From: Sarea resinae
Lineage: Eukaryota
Length of the DNA stretch: 56,952 bases
Direction of reading: 5' to 3'
Assembly: GCA_026026165.1 (NCBI GenBank)
Contig: JAPEUD010000029.1
Coordinates: 186,001 to 242,952, forward strand
The notes under the pieces were generated by a model. That model made no database searches. It saw only the letters and a list, made by a program, of their open reading frames with translations, and was not told the origin of the DNA. The translations under genes and the position numbers were made by a program. Of the stretch, positions 1 through 12,368 are shown piece after piece. Within the stretch, counting starts at the first letter, position 1. Each line of letters opens with the position of its first letter.

Positions 1-671
1 GTGTAGGAGAGCAGCGGGTGTGATCGGTATTTTCTGCTAGAGCGAGTTTGTGTGCTGTGCATACTCGATTTTGGAATTGGCTCTTCTGTTTATTGGTTTG
101 GAAAGGGGGGTTCTTGCTTCTGTCCTCGGTCGACTGGGCACTAGAATGATATTTTTTTCTTTGGAAATACTGACAGAATCGGGCGAGGGTTGTAAGTAGA
201 TGTTTGATTTTCGGTCTTGACATGGCTTCTTGGATCAGACTCTGTGCTCGGACAGACTACATCTACTGTAGTAGTGAGAGGGGGCTATAGCATATTTCCA
301 ATGAGGGGTTCAAAGGTCAAATGCGAGATCTTCGAGGATCTTCTGGATTTCTCACTCGGATTGATTCATTTGGTTTTTTGTTTTTTTATTTCAGTATATA
401 TTGGCCAATCAAGTAAGTAGAAGAATCAAAGAAGAGGCAGGATATATCAGAATTGCCAATAGTTCGAGACCAATAGATATCAACCTTTCTTGACACTACT
501 GGCCACCGACATAAGCACTCCTCTACGTTCTCCCTCTCCTGTCGTCGCTTCTATTTCTCTCTGATCACGGCATCAGATTAGCATCAAATGAGAGCACAAG
601 AGACCGCGGGGATTTTCTCCCTCGCATCATAGCGCAGAGCAGGGCAGTGCAGCCACGTCAGTCGGTGTAGT

Positions 672-701
672 GAGGCAATGCGAGGCAATGCGAAGTAATG
701 C
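672..701. repeat. 10-bp tandem repeat (GAGGCAATGC) x3, last copy degenerate
   Basis: gaggcaatgc gaggcaatgc gaagtaatgc. Confidence 0.7.
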
Positions 702-2204
702 AGACAACGCCTCTCGATCGATCGTCTCGATCGATCAATCAATCGTGTGTGCCTATTGATCCCAATGTGGATTGATCTGATTGGTTGGAGCCATGTCCGT
801 CATCTGGCAGGGGGATCGCATAAGTCATAGAGTATATACCACATACGCAATCGATAGATTGGCCCTTTACGAGTAGATAGGACACCCCAGGGTGCCTACC
901 TATGATGGCGATGGGATGGAAGAGTGCGGTGCAAGGAAGACACCGACCATGACTGTGATAGCCGGGGCATGAGCCGAGGCAACTGAGCGGCCTGCCTGTG
1001 ATGCATAACGTCTGGCAAAGAAAGTCGGGCCCAGATGTTCTTTGAGAGCCAAAAGTCGAAACATGAAAGGTGGAAGAAGAAGATGGGATCGTGGATCCTA
1101 TCAGGCGGCGTTTGTTTTGACTCGGATCGCCTTTGCATGACATGGCATCCTGTCCTGCATCTCATCTCATCTTTCTAGAGTCACGTACGGAGTTACGTCC
1201 AACACAGCCACCGGGGAACATCGTCTGTACGAGGACGTCCCGCGGCCAGCTGCCTGGCTGCCTCGCTGCCTGGCTTGCCTGCATGCCCCGCATCTCCTCG
1301 TATCGACGGCGCAGCGCATTGCATCATCGATCATCTATGGGGATGGAGGTAGGATCCTCCATGCATGCCATGGCGTCCGTCCGACTTCATGGATATCTCT
1401 CTCCATGGAAAGTACATGCAATTTGATGTGGATGGCCGATCGGTTGCATGATCGGCGTGATTGATGTGTGCAGGTGGTCGGATGACCATGACCATGGCCG
1501 TGCAGCAGACGAGACGGGACCGAGTCGAGATGGGATGAGGAGTCATGGGGAAAGGGCGATGGTGGGGTCCAAGGGCAGTCGTCGAGATGGTTCAATGGAT
1601 GCTGTGGATTACCGACTAACTACGTAGTGGTATGTACCTAGGCATGCACAGCCACAGCCACAGCTCCCCATCTCCTCCCTTCCTTCCCCTTCGTCCACGT
1701 TGCGTTGCGATGGTCCAGGATCGTCTGGCTGATTGGCCCGGTGATTTGCCTCGATCATCGAGGACCGGATGGGGTGCCCGGTCCGATGCCCATGTGTTGG
1801 GTGAGGTGCAGAATGGAGTGGGGGGGAGAAGAGATGGCCCCCTGCCTGATTGCCTGCGAGATCCTCCATTACTACGTAGTCTGGACGGCCGTAGTCAGAG
1901 GCAGAGTCAGAGTCAGAGGTCTCCTTCCTCTCACAGTCGACTCGGAGGATTCTGGAGGCGACGCTTGTCAAGGTCCCTGGATCCATCCGTCCTCGTTCGC
2001 AATCTCCACCCACTAGTAGAACTACAGAGTACTACGATGTATTGCGGAGTACAGACGACCAGGTCAAGATGAACGGGAACCGCCCGGTCGGGGCTGAAAC
2101 CGCCCAATGGATCCATCCATTTCCCCCCACACCCCTCGAGGACCAAACATGGCAAAAACACGCAATTGCGCCCAAGTGGGTCGCCCCGAACAAGGGCCAA
2201 AGTC

Positions 2205-2239
2205 GACTCTCACGGTGCGGACTCTCACGGTGCGGACTC
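2205..2239. repeat. 15-bp tandem duplication (GACTCTCACGGTGCG) x2.3
   Basis: Directly visible in the sequence. Confidence 0.8.
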
Positions 2240-3496
2240 ACCCCGTCGCCGGATGGGGCAATGGGAATCGTGAATAGGGAATTCAATCTCCGCCCTTCTG
2301 GACCGCGTAAGGTAATGCTCAACTTGGCGCGGTGCCAAGCCACCTGGGGTAACCGAGGATATGGCGTGGGGATTTGACGTCTGCTAGTCCAGCTGCACCA
2401 GGGGCAGGTGGGGTCCTCTTCACGTCAGATGGCTTCGTCTATTGATAGGATCGGAGTCGATCGGTAGACTACGGAGTAGATCAATCTCCACAGACAATAT
2501 AGCATGGCTCTCAAGGCTGGACCGAAGACGGATCAGATTGGAGGGCAAAGGGACACGATTGCCCGAGGACATGGAAAGATGATGGCCAGACGAAACAAGA
2601 TGCCTTTTCGCGCGAGTGTCGCCCCGCGACAGCATCTTGTCTTTGTCTTGTCCAATCGAGCAACCGGGAGTGCTCGTGTGGTGGCAGTGCAATAGAAGAA
2701 GCGGTGTGGCACCCGTCAAGCGACCCCGAGCTCTCGGGTCCATGTTTCAAGTCCGCCCTCCCATCACAGCCTTCAGGCCATTCACTGGCCAGGGCCGATG
2801 ACCATGGCACGACAACAAAACTACAAGATCCTGACAAGAAACACGCCTTCTGAGAGGTTCCTCTCTGCTTCGCACGCGGAGTGAGACGGTACGTTCATTT
2901 ATTATCTCTTTCTGCTCTGTACGAACGGGCTTTGTTCGTGTTGATTAAGCCGCATTGGAGCGGCCATGATAAATGGTTCGAATATATTCAAAAAGCTTCA
3001 TGTGTAGAAAGCTTCGCTGTATTGGGTGATGGCGGTGTATCTGTTTCGTGAACGTCGTAAGGATTAGAATCAACCCCCCGGTCCCATGGCCTTGCCGTGT
3101 TTCCATTCCAATGCCACGAAGGTTTCCTCCCTCAGCCATTTCCCCAATCCACAAGGACAAAGGAAATAAAAAAGATCACAATTCCACGAACCATGCCCAC
3201 TTGTAATGACCGCCCTATCAACGGACCAGCCAACTGACATTATCTATTCCCTCGAGTCCCTGGCCAGAAATGAAAATTGGAAAGCATTGTAATGAGCCCT
3301 CCAAATATGCGCACACAATAAGCAGAATTCCATATTTGAATACAGTGGTATCATGTGTAAGAAATGAGAGAGCCCTCTCACAACAAACTCCGGATGGTAA
3401 AGAAAGCCCCCTAAATGGTAAATGGTTGAAGTACACAACATGGCCATAACTCGTCATCTGGACTCACGAAATCCCGAACAAAAAGGCAAAAGCGTT

Positions 3497-6250
3497 TTAG
3501 CAATACAGACGCAACTCAAGCCCAGACGATTCAACTGTCTCGACAGAACTAACGTTGCCATCAACCTGTATGTCTGTTGAGCCTGTAGCCCACTCCCGCG
3601 ACATCGGACCTTTAGGTTTGATCTCACAAAATTCCACATTCATATCTTGACCTTCAGGAAGCTCACGAACGACGTCGTCATCGATGAGGATATGGAGTCC
3701 CTTGTGGTTGACGTGAATGGTCCGGACAATTTTATTTGGATCGAGATGGCATTTCGACGCAATGCTGTTGACGAGCTCTTTCGACGAACGCTCCATGAGG
3801 TAGATGGCTCGATAGTAGCCATGTTCCATAGCTTTGCCAGCTACTCTCGGAAGGATGTAGAAACAAGCAACTGGATTTGACATTAGCTTGGGCTCCAAAA
3901 CTATGCAAGATAAAGGCGCTTACCGGGCTTGACTGATCGCTCGGGAGGTGGCTGATAAGCACTATCAACATCAAGCGCTTCAATCCAACTAGTGAGCATC
4001 CCAGGTTGGTCTTCAGATTGCTTCTTCACCTTCACAGGCTGTTGATGATCTGGCGGACTCGCAAGGTGCTGAGGATTCGATTGGAGATCCGTCGGACCAG
4101 TCTGCTGAGAATTGGTCCATTCGCTTTGCCTCAAAGACGGGTTGAATGGAGTCGCTTGCTGAAAAACAGAGCTGCGGCGATCCTGTGATTGAAGAGACTG
4201 CGAACTGGGAGTAGGAGAAACAAGCGAAGTGCTTCTCCCGGCGTTGGAAGTAGCAACACTTTCCCTTCGATCCCACGTAGAGCGTTCTACGGGCTCCATC
4301 TTCGTTAGATCTTGAGGCTCACCGGTGAGGAACACCGGGTGCAGATCCGGGTCATCCGCCTCTTGTCCGCTCAGGTAAAGAATGCTAACAGGTCTAGTCG
4401 ATGTGAACATGTCCTGCAAAGCAGCAAGCTTCAATTGCAGATCATCCTCGGTGACATGCCGACCTCCTGTTGAGCTTGCCGAGGACATAGACCATGTCCT
4501 CTTATGTTTCTGGACCTTTCCGGGTCTGCTATTCGCGGACATCTTCGCAATGGATCCGCTCCTCTTCCTCTTCCCAAAGTCTTTCATTCCAGTTTCCGCC
4601 TGCGCGATTTGCTGCTTGAGTTTGTCAATCGTCTTCTTAACATGCGCTACGTCGTTCGAAAGTTTCCGCTCCGCGCCATGATCTCTGAAGAGTTTCACCT
4701 TGCAGTAGCAGACTTCGGAAATACGACTCGTAGTGGGAATCGGACTTCCAATAGAGACCACTTCGGTTTTGGCGCATAGCCTGACTGGGATGCCTTTGAC
4801 TCCTTTAGAATGACTAAAGTCGGTGGACAAGAAATTGAACCGAACTGCGACGGAGCAATCTGCTGTGCCGCTGGGACTCGGACTCCAGACGACAGAGAAA
4901 CCATCGAATGAGGCAGTATCGAGCTCGACTCGAGGTCGGCGGGTGTCTTCGTCGCCACCCTGGTTCGGATCCACGTATTCAACGGCTTGCAGCTTTCCAC
5001 CCCGTTGATGGGCTTCATTCGTACCACGTCCCTCTTTCCAAAGTTGCCAGCACGCGGCAGGGCGCTGTCTTTGCTGCTCATCTTCGAATGAAATACGAAT
5101 GTGAGTGCGATATCTGACCAGACCGGGAGTCTGTTGTGCTGGCGCGGTGTCTATGATTGAGACGGAATAGGCTTGACCCTTGTTCAGGTACGTCACGGGA
5201 ATTTCGTCGGGATGCTTCACCATAGCTGTTGGCGCATTCAATGTGACGTGGTATCGAAACCTAGTGTACGAGAGATAAGCTATAGCCCACCATATAATGT
5301 AGAAATAGAAAACACAGGAAAGGAGTTTCGGGGACGGGATGGAATACTTACTTCCCAGAAGTCTGTACGGGGAGCCCAGACATGTTCTCATCAAATGAAT
5401 GAGAAAGTCCCATGAGCGGGGATTTCTCATGCATGTCGGTATCCATTCCCATATCATCCATGGGAGAATGATCTCCTGACGCATCCATGGTGTCGAAGCC
5501 TGTAGAATGGTGCGAAAACTGACTTGGTGCGAAAGACTCTTGAGGCCCGAAATTACCACTACTGTGGAAATGGTGCGGGTGAATCGACTGCGAGTGGAAA
5601 TCGTGCAGATCCAACGTGGAACCGGCATGAAAGCCAATCTCAGATGTAGGACCAGAGAGCGGAGTGTCCATTCCCATTCCCATGCCGGGAGTGTGGAGAT
5701 CTCCGGCCTGGCTATGGTAGAGCGTATTCGTGCCTCCAGGAGTCGGTGTATAGTAACCCGGCGGCTGGTTCGCGAAAGAGGCAAAGGCGAAAGAATTGGG
5801 GTCCAATAAAGACGGCGTAAACCTCCATTGATCGTGGGAGCCACGAGGAGTAGGGTCGTGGTCTTTCATATCTTCGCCCTCCATAAAGTTTCTGTGAAGC
5901 GGCAAAGGTCCCGTTAGCAAGGAGCATCGACAGAATCTCGCACGCACGTAAACAAGCCTTGGACGTACCGTGGATCAATTGTCGCGTCAGTCAAGGCATC
6001 GGCAATTGAAATCGTGTTGAGGTCTGGGACTCCAGACGATGTGGGCCTGACTTCGGGGAAGCTCTGCCTGAAGGTGGAGTACAGCTGTTCGGCTGGTTTC
6101 TGCGAAGTTTTGCTAGGAACCGTCTGTCAGTCCCGTCATGTCTTCGAAGATCAGCTTTCCCCCACCGGGCAAGGCTGTCACCAAGCGCAAGGGCGATAGG
6201 TATACAACGCAACAAGAAGATGAGAGATCTACTCACCGGTTGCGGAACAT
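3497..6250 (-). CDS. CP2/Grainyhead-like transcription factor (5 exons: 6250-6237, 6112-5969, 5891-5352, 5260-3924, 3870-3497)
   Basis: The spliced start reads MFRNRKTSQKP. The CP2 DNA-binding domain motifs are present (FRYHVTLNAPTAM, PVTYLNKGQAY, FNFLSTDFSHSKGVKGIPVRLCAKTE, CKVKLFRDHGAERK), plus the C-terminal GRHL region (YYRAIYLMERS, ILIDDDVVRELPEGQDM). Canonical GT-AG junctions keep the frame. Confidence 0.92.
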
Positions 6251-6497
6251 TGCATTGAGGATTTTTGGAGAACTAATCTAGGTGGGCGGCATAGAGACGA
6301 GATGTTGGGTTCGAGGTCTTTGTAAGATGTAGGCTGACTTGTTGCAAGGTGCAACGCGCCGAGGTGTCCGACAACAATGAAGGAGGGTGGATGGGAGTGG
6401 GAGCTTCAGAGGTGAAGATCAAAGTCAAATGACGAGAACAGAGATGAGGATGAAGATGAGGCAGGCGGCCCATGGAGATATAAAATAATAATGGCGC

Positions 6498-6551
6498 GGT
6501 GCCGGGTGCCAGGTGCCAGGTGCCAGGTGCGACGTGCGATGTGCGATGTGC
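6498..6551. repeat. 7-bp tandem repeats (GGTGCCA)n followed by (GTGCGAT)n
   Basis: ggtgccgggtgccaggtgccaggtgccaggtgcgacgtgcgatgtgcgatgtgc, upstream of the Grainyhead-like gene. Confidence 0.75.
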
Positions 6552-6655
6552 AAGGTGCGTAGCTCAGGTATGATATGGGAAAGAGCAGACAGAGACGGAC
6601 GGTCAGCGTAAGGTAGCGCCACCATCTGCGACAAGGGCTCAATCGCTTCCTTTAT

Positions 6656-6691
6656 CCATGGCTCCATGGCTCCATGGCTCCATGGCTCCAT
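6656..6691. repeat. 8-bp tandem repeat (CCATGGCT) x4.5
   Basis: Four perfect units plus CCAT. Confidence 0.85.
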
Positions 6692-8323
6692 CGCTTCTCT
6701 CTTGACCTCCACTGCGCTCTCCGTCTCCCTCTGCTGGGCTCTCTCTCGTCACGTCGCACACCGGGACGGGACCTACAGGAGGGAGCTGCACGGAGGTTCC
6801 GGTGAGGTAAGGCAAAGTCTCGGTACAGGCAAGCTCATACGGGCCATACATGCGCATACTTGCGGGACATGTATGCGACGCATACATTGGAGAGTAGTGG
6901 GCGAGTAGTCCGCTAGCAGTCAATCAGTCAATCAGTCAATAAAGACCTGGACCCTACTAATCAAGTGTGGCATGGGGGGGGAGGGGGGTGGAGGGACATG
7001 GGGTGGTCAGACCAGGGGGGGGTTCTGTTTAGTGAGTGGAGGGAAGAGGTGAGGAGAGTTCTTCAGTAGATGATGATGATGCTTGTTCGAAGTGGCTCCT
7101 CCCCGGCCCGCCGCTCTTGTGTCTTGACCTGGCCGTCTTCTCTTCGACTCGGATGGAGCTCTCCCACCTTCGTGCTGCGTACTCGTCCCGCGTTGGACGG
7201 AGGTGCGCTTGCAAGTACCCTACCCACGGCCCTCCTGGTCTCCCTCTGGTCTCCCTCTGGAAACTCTCACAGCTTTCCAAGGTTGGCTTTGACAACGAAC
7301 GAGGACGGCTAGGGACTGGCCCGCACTCGACAATCATCCTCCTCGGCGGAACTCATTGCTCAGTCGTCGTAAGCACTGCAGGAGACAGACAGGCTGCTGT
7401 TTCCCCCCCAGCCTGGGGGTGCCGGCCCATCCCACGTCCCAGGTGCCCCAAGCAGCGAGAGATCTGATACAACGGACAGCAAAGCCACACTTGCCCGTCG
7501 GCGCTACCGAGCTACTTGCATGCTGCTATCGTACCTTAGTTCTCTCGACCCTGCCCCGTCCTCCTCAGCCGGTCAGGTACCTACGTGGTAGGTACCTACT
7601 ATGAGTAGTAGCTTCTGAGGCACACCTACCTTATCGCCAGCGAGTACCAATGTACGAAGTACTGCGTACGGATGGATACCCTCTAGCTACCGTACCCATC
7701 ACTCCTCCTCACCTCGTTACTATGAAGTATTGTCACCAATCCGGCTGCTACCATTACTGACCTACTCCGCAGCAGTATTCTCTACGTACGCAGTACCGTA
7801 CTTTTGGCACGTTACGAAAGGAAATTTACAGGCCATCTCTCGTACCGATCTGGGCCTGGGATTCAGCACGCAATGACCCGTCGAGAGGCCTGGGCATCCA
7901 TGGATGATCGGCCTTTCCTTCGTTTTGGGACCAACCCACCGCCGCCCCTGCTAGAAGAGGATCGGCCGAGAGAGACGGCGCCACTAGACTAAAGCCACGC
8001 CGCTTCCTCTTTCGACCCAAGTGAGGCGCGTGAATCCTCGGCCTCTAAGTCACGACCTCACACCTCGCCTTACAGAGATGGCAGTGAGTTACGAGTACTC
8101 CACTTACCACCCTTAGGGTCAGCACGAAAGAAAGAAAATTCCGTACCATCCATAGTAGACTGGTAGAGCAAAGTAGCCTCTAGAGTCTGTATCTGGTGCC
8201 AACAGCTAATGTATTCGTGGGAACCTACTAGGTAGGTACTTCGAACAGCGTTCGGCTCTCGATGGGATCTCCCTTTTCCTTGTACCGTGATACCCACCCC
8301 TCTTTCCCATTATCCTAAACAAA

Positions 8324-8929
8324 ATGGGATCCTTCATATGGCGGCGGAAGATCGATCCATCCACACACGCCACACCTCAGGCACCCCAATCGGAAATGAC
8401 GTCCGAAGAGCTACGGTATGCGCTAATTGTCCAAGAGAGGAAACTGCCCAGCGATCTTTACGCGGCCAAAACTTTACTCAGACCAAAAGTGGCTCGACAG
8501 GAGGCTGCCACCCCATCGCTTAGTATGGACAGCAAGCAATACGAATACTGGAGCTAAGTCGGCCATACGGGGGGCCAGATCTCCAGCCTCAGTGGCTGTG
8601 CACTTCTCTGATACCCGGCCTGTAGGATACCACAGCCTCCCGTCTCGTACTGAGTACTTTACTTGCCCTTAGCATGGTCGATATACTCCGGAGTATTGAA
8701 CCTCTTTCGGATCATTCTTCTGCTGATCCTATCTGCTCATACCATTTACTGTGCAATAAGGTTTGCCTCGACTTTAATCAGAATCACGAGAGTAATAACA
8801 AGGTACCACGGCTCACTATCCTGGGCATGTGTGGCGCAAATCGAAGGTATCTGTTCTGTTCAAGATGCCTGGCAAAACTTCGCACCGGCCAACCGAGTGG
8901 ATATGATCTCCGCATTGGTGCCCCTTTGA
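8324..8929 (+). other. Candidate orphan small membrane-protein gene or gene relic (possible exons 8324-8522, 8673-8929; 151 aa)
   Basis: The start has a strong AAACAAAATGG context after a CT-rich tract. A GTATGG donor and a TACTGAG...CCCTTAG acceptor join two same-frame ORFs in phase. There is one hydrophobic segment (VLNLFRIILLLILSAHTIYCAI). No family is recognised. Confidence 0.25.
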
Positions 8930-10699
8930 CGCGTCGCACTTACGGTAGCGCCATTGGCCAGCTGAAAATTTGCCATTGAACAATTCCATCCCTTTGATGA
9001 TTCACCAGTGACGAGGAGAAGCCCCTGGTTGTTGGGCGACCCTAAAATAGGACATTTTATTGCGTGCGAGCGAGCTCCATGATTGCTATCTACCATACTT
9101 AGGCCTGAGACCGAGAAAAGTCAAGAAAGTCAATTGAACGCCAATTACCGGTCCTCAAATGTTAGCTAACCACTACGCGCCCGAATAGAATGATCAGTGC
9201 CATGGCGTAACGGCAGAGCTGGGACAAAAGCCGCAAGCGCGTTTCGATGGCATTCCGTCGCAGTCTGCGTGTTGGATCTTTTGGGTTTGTCGACATCTCC
9301 GAGAAGTGATGTTTACTCTCCCGTCTGCCGGGGGTATTACTCGGCATGTGGGCCCCAATCATTACGAAACGCCATGAAAAGAATAAATAAATTATCGATT
9401 GAGAGGTTTCTCAGCATGCCAGAAGAGAGTACAAGTGGAGCATTCGAAGAGGAGCCTTTCGTCATCAACAAAAATAGGTATTCAACCGAAGATCGGATCA
9501 GGCTCGATCGCGACATGACAGACAAGGAATTATGCAAGCGCTTGCATAAAAAGACAACACACACGAAGTACATTGTAAACTTCAGGGCCGCATCCTCGGG
9601 CCCTACCTACAAGGTCACCTGGGCTACTACCTTACCTACAGTAGGGTAGGTAGGTAGGACTAGGCAAGTGCTGTATCTCAGCCGAGTCTACGGAGTAGTG
9701 TGCGACGAGACATGCCGAGCGGCCGATCAAATCAATGATCGATGGAGACGCGACTCCACCAGCACCTTCAGGCCGAGTACATTCTAGATGGTCGCACGCC
9801 TATGCTTGCCGCACTTGGAATGGACAGAGAGTTTTCGTACTCGAGTAATCGCACTTCTCACGGGGGGGACATGTCGGCGCTCACCGAAAGCAATTCATTT
9901 TGGCGAGATGAAAGCGTTTCAGATATGGCGAATGGGGGTAGAGTAAGGTAGACTCGTCTCCACTAGCCAAACCCCTACCCACGTTCAATTTCCGCATGTC
10001 AATGGAGATTACGATGGGTCCCACGTGGTGCGCTGGCAGGGAATTCCAACAAATCGAGATGGGATTTATGCGAGGTGAAAGGCGAAAGGGTAAGCTAGAG
10101 GTAGGTAGGTACCTTAGGTACCTCCTTAGCCAACCATACCATACCCTCTCGCCATGCGTTCAAGTGAGCGCAGACTGTCTACTTTCGTGCTAGCCCTAGA
10201 GAGATAGAAGGCCTAAAGCACCCTCGCCACAACTCTGTTGCCACATTCCCCGCTTGTGGCGATACGTTGTGGCTGAGCGCTGACGACGAACGCCTTGGGT
10301 GGATGGACGACCTCTCCGCTAACGAGGGCCTGAGAGGAAAGAACCGAGTACCCACCTTAACCCCATCGGACAATGGGGTGGTAAGCACTCTACTCCGAGC
10401 AAGGTAGGTAGAAATCTCCATGAAGCCAAAATTTGTTCTGGACCCGCACATCTGTAGCCGGCAAGTCTTTCGATCGCCTGGGCTCATCTGACTTTACAGC
10501 CACAGAGCGTCACGGCTTGAGAATGCATAAGGTAATTTCGGAACGCTTCTAGATCATCGGTAGACTTTAAAATGAGAACAATTGCAACAGCTTCTGATCG
10601 GCAGTCCATACAATAGTTCAGGGTTTTACACGATTGTCCAGTAGATCTCTTCCAATCCTAGGCGCGGATCTTCTTCCTAGACCGCTGTTATGGTCGCCT

Positions 10700-11900
10700 C
10701 GTTCCCCTCTGACGCGCCCGAGTCGGGAATCCTATGCGGGGACGCATTCCCACGTTGCCTTACCTTCATTTGCTATCTCCTAATCTGGCACGACTGGCTG
10801 CCAAAAGTACTCTCAAGTCATCCCAGTCCAAGACCGCTCATGGCTGTACGTCTATCTACCTCTCAGCGGGCAGCCTCACCAAGCCTGGAGATCTCATCCA
10901 GCCACATTGTAGAACATGCTTGACGCATTGATGCCAACCGTACCTTATCCATGGCAAGGGTACGAGGCAATCTGGGGTCTGGTCAAGTCTTTCGCCACCT
11001 GCCGTTCCAGCTTCTCGTGACAGTACTGAAATATGCCGATCAACGTGGATGGCTCATAGTCTTCGAGATTTCCTGACTTATCCGGTTCTTTTGTCACAGC
11101 GGTCCATTTTTTACGATATTCGTTTCCCCACTTCTTCCAAATTGAAGCCATGTGCTCTGTGGCGGCCCACATATGAATGCTTCGATCACAAGGCCTCTTT
11201 GACGAACTGCCAGATCTGTAAAGACCTCCTGAAAAGAGATGGCTAAAGCAATTCCCACGTGAGCTAAAAAAGAGTGCTCTGTAATACCATCCCTAAAATC
11301 CGATCAATACTCAAGGTCGTAAACGCTGTACGGCTGATATTGGCTATGGTTTTCCTATGCTACGAGATAGGTCTGAGTTGAGATACGATAGGGACTACCA
11401 GCCTTCTTTGTGATCTTAATAGCATTGATTTGACAAAACTCATGATATATCTGGATGCCTCTATGAAGACCGAAATTATCCAAAGTTCTGAAGATCATGC
11501 TAGGCTACTATAAACCTTTGAATCTGAATGATAGCAACAAAAAAGCCCCCCTTTAAATCCTCTCCTTAGTGTGTATTTTCTGTTGTTCTGTTGATGCTAG
11601 TAATGTTTTCAAATTATAATTTTGCAGGCATTTGATAGTACTAGGCTTGCGGCTAATTGATTCAGTAAGTACAAATCAAACTGCTTCTAAGTCAACTAGT
11701 TACTTACCCTCTTACTATTCTCTCGACGCATTAGAGAGTGGTATTTAACCTCAAAAAGAGATAGTCTCCTTCCTTTTTTTTCGATATATTGATTGTATAT
11801 ACTGCCCAAGGTTCGAGATATTAAACAAACTTCAATATTTGATCGTAGGCTATATATTTTAAGCGCCATAGCCATAGCCATGTGACGTTCAAGTAACACT
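10700..11900 (-). pseudogene. Possible decayed gene relic, AT/TpA-rich toward 11400-11900
   Basis: Protein-like minus-strand frames are broken by isolated TAA/TGA stops (e.g. YIAYDQILKFV*YLEPWAVYTINISKKKEGDYLFLRLNTTL*CVERIVR, then a GTAAGT donor). The ORF at 10945-11172 is also protein-like. No family is recognised. Confidence 0.25.
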
Positions 11901-12368
11901 CCTAAGCCTTTGCTGTGAAATAGGACAACCTAACTGAATAACAAATTCCACTGTGCTATTTGCCAATGAAGAAGTATTTATGATTGTTGGGGTTGGTCGA
12001 TAAGACATTTGACGTTCTCTCAAAATAGGAATTATCACGAGGGTAAAGTTGTCAGATTGTTAGTAAAAGAGTACCTAAAAGTACACTCATACTCTATTAT
12101 CGAGTGTTATCTACCCGAAAGTACCTTTGGCAGTAGTCCTCACCAGCTAAAGATAGTGACTCGTGCAAGCGACGTATCTTATCGATCGCGACGTCAGTGT
12201 ATCACCTTCGGCTGGCAATCGCCGCTACCGCGCGTCTCAAGGCTCTGATTGCTGACTTCACATTCGACTTCGAGAACCAGCCTCCGACCATCAACCTGCG
12301 GGTTGGATTGATTAATGAATAGTACCAACGGGAGCAACTACGCCTGAAGCTCTAGAGAAGCCGCCAGT

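Noticed and set aside
739..3457. Many overlapping 60-146 aa ORFs on both strands
   Set aside because: They have no domain motifs or consistent splice structure and are rich in simple repeats. The region reads as UTR/promoter DNA, probably of a gene left of the window plus the Grainyhead-like 3' UTR.
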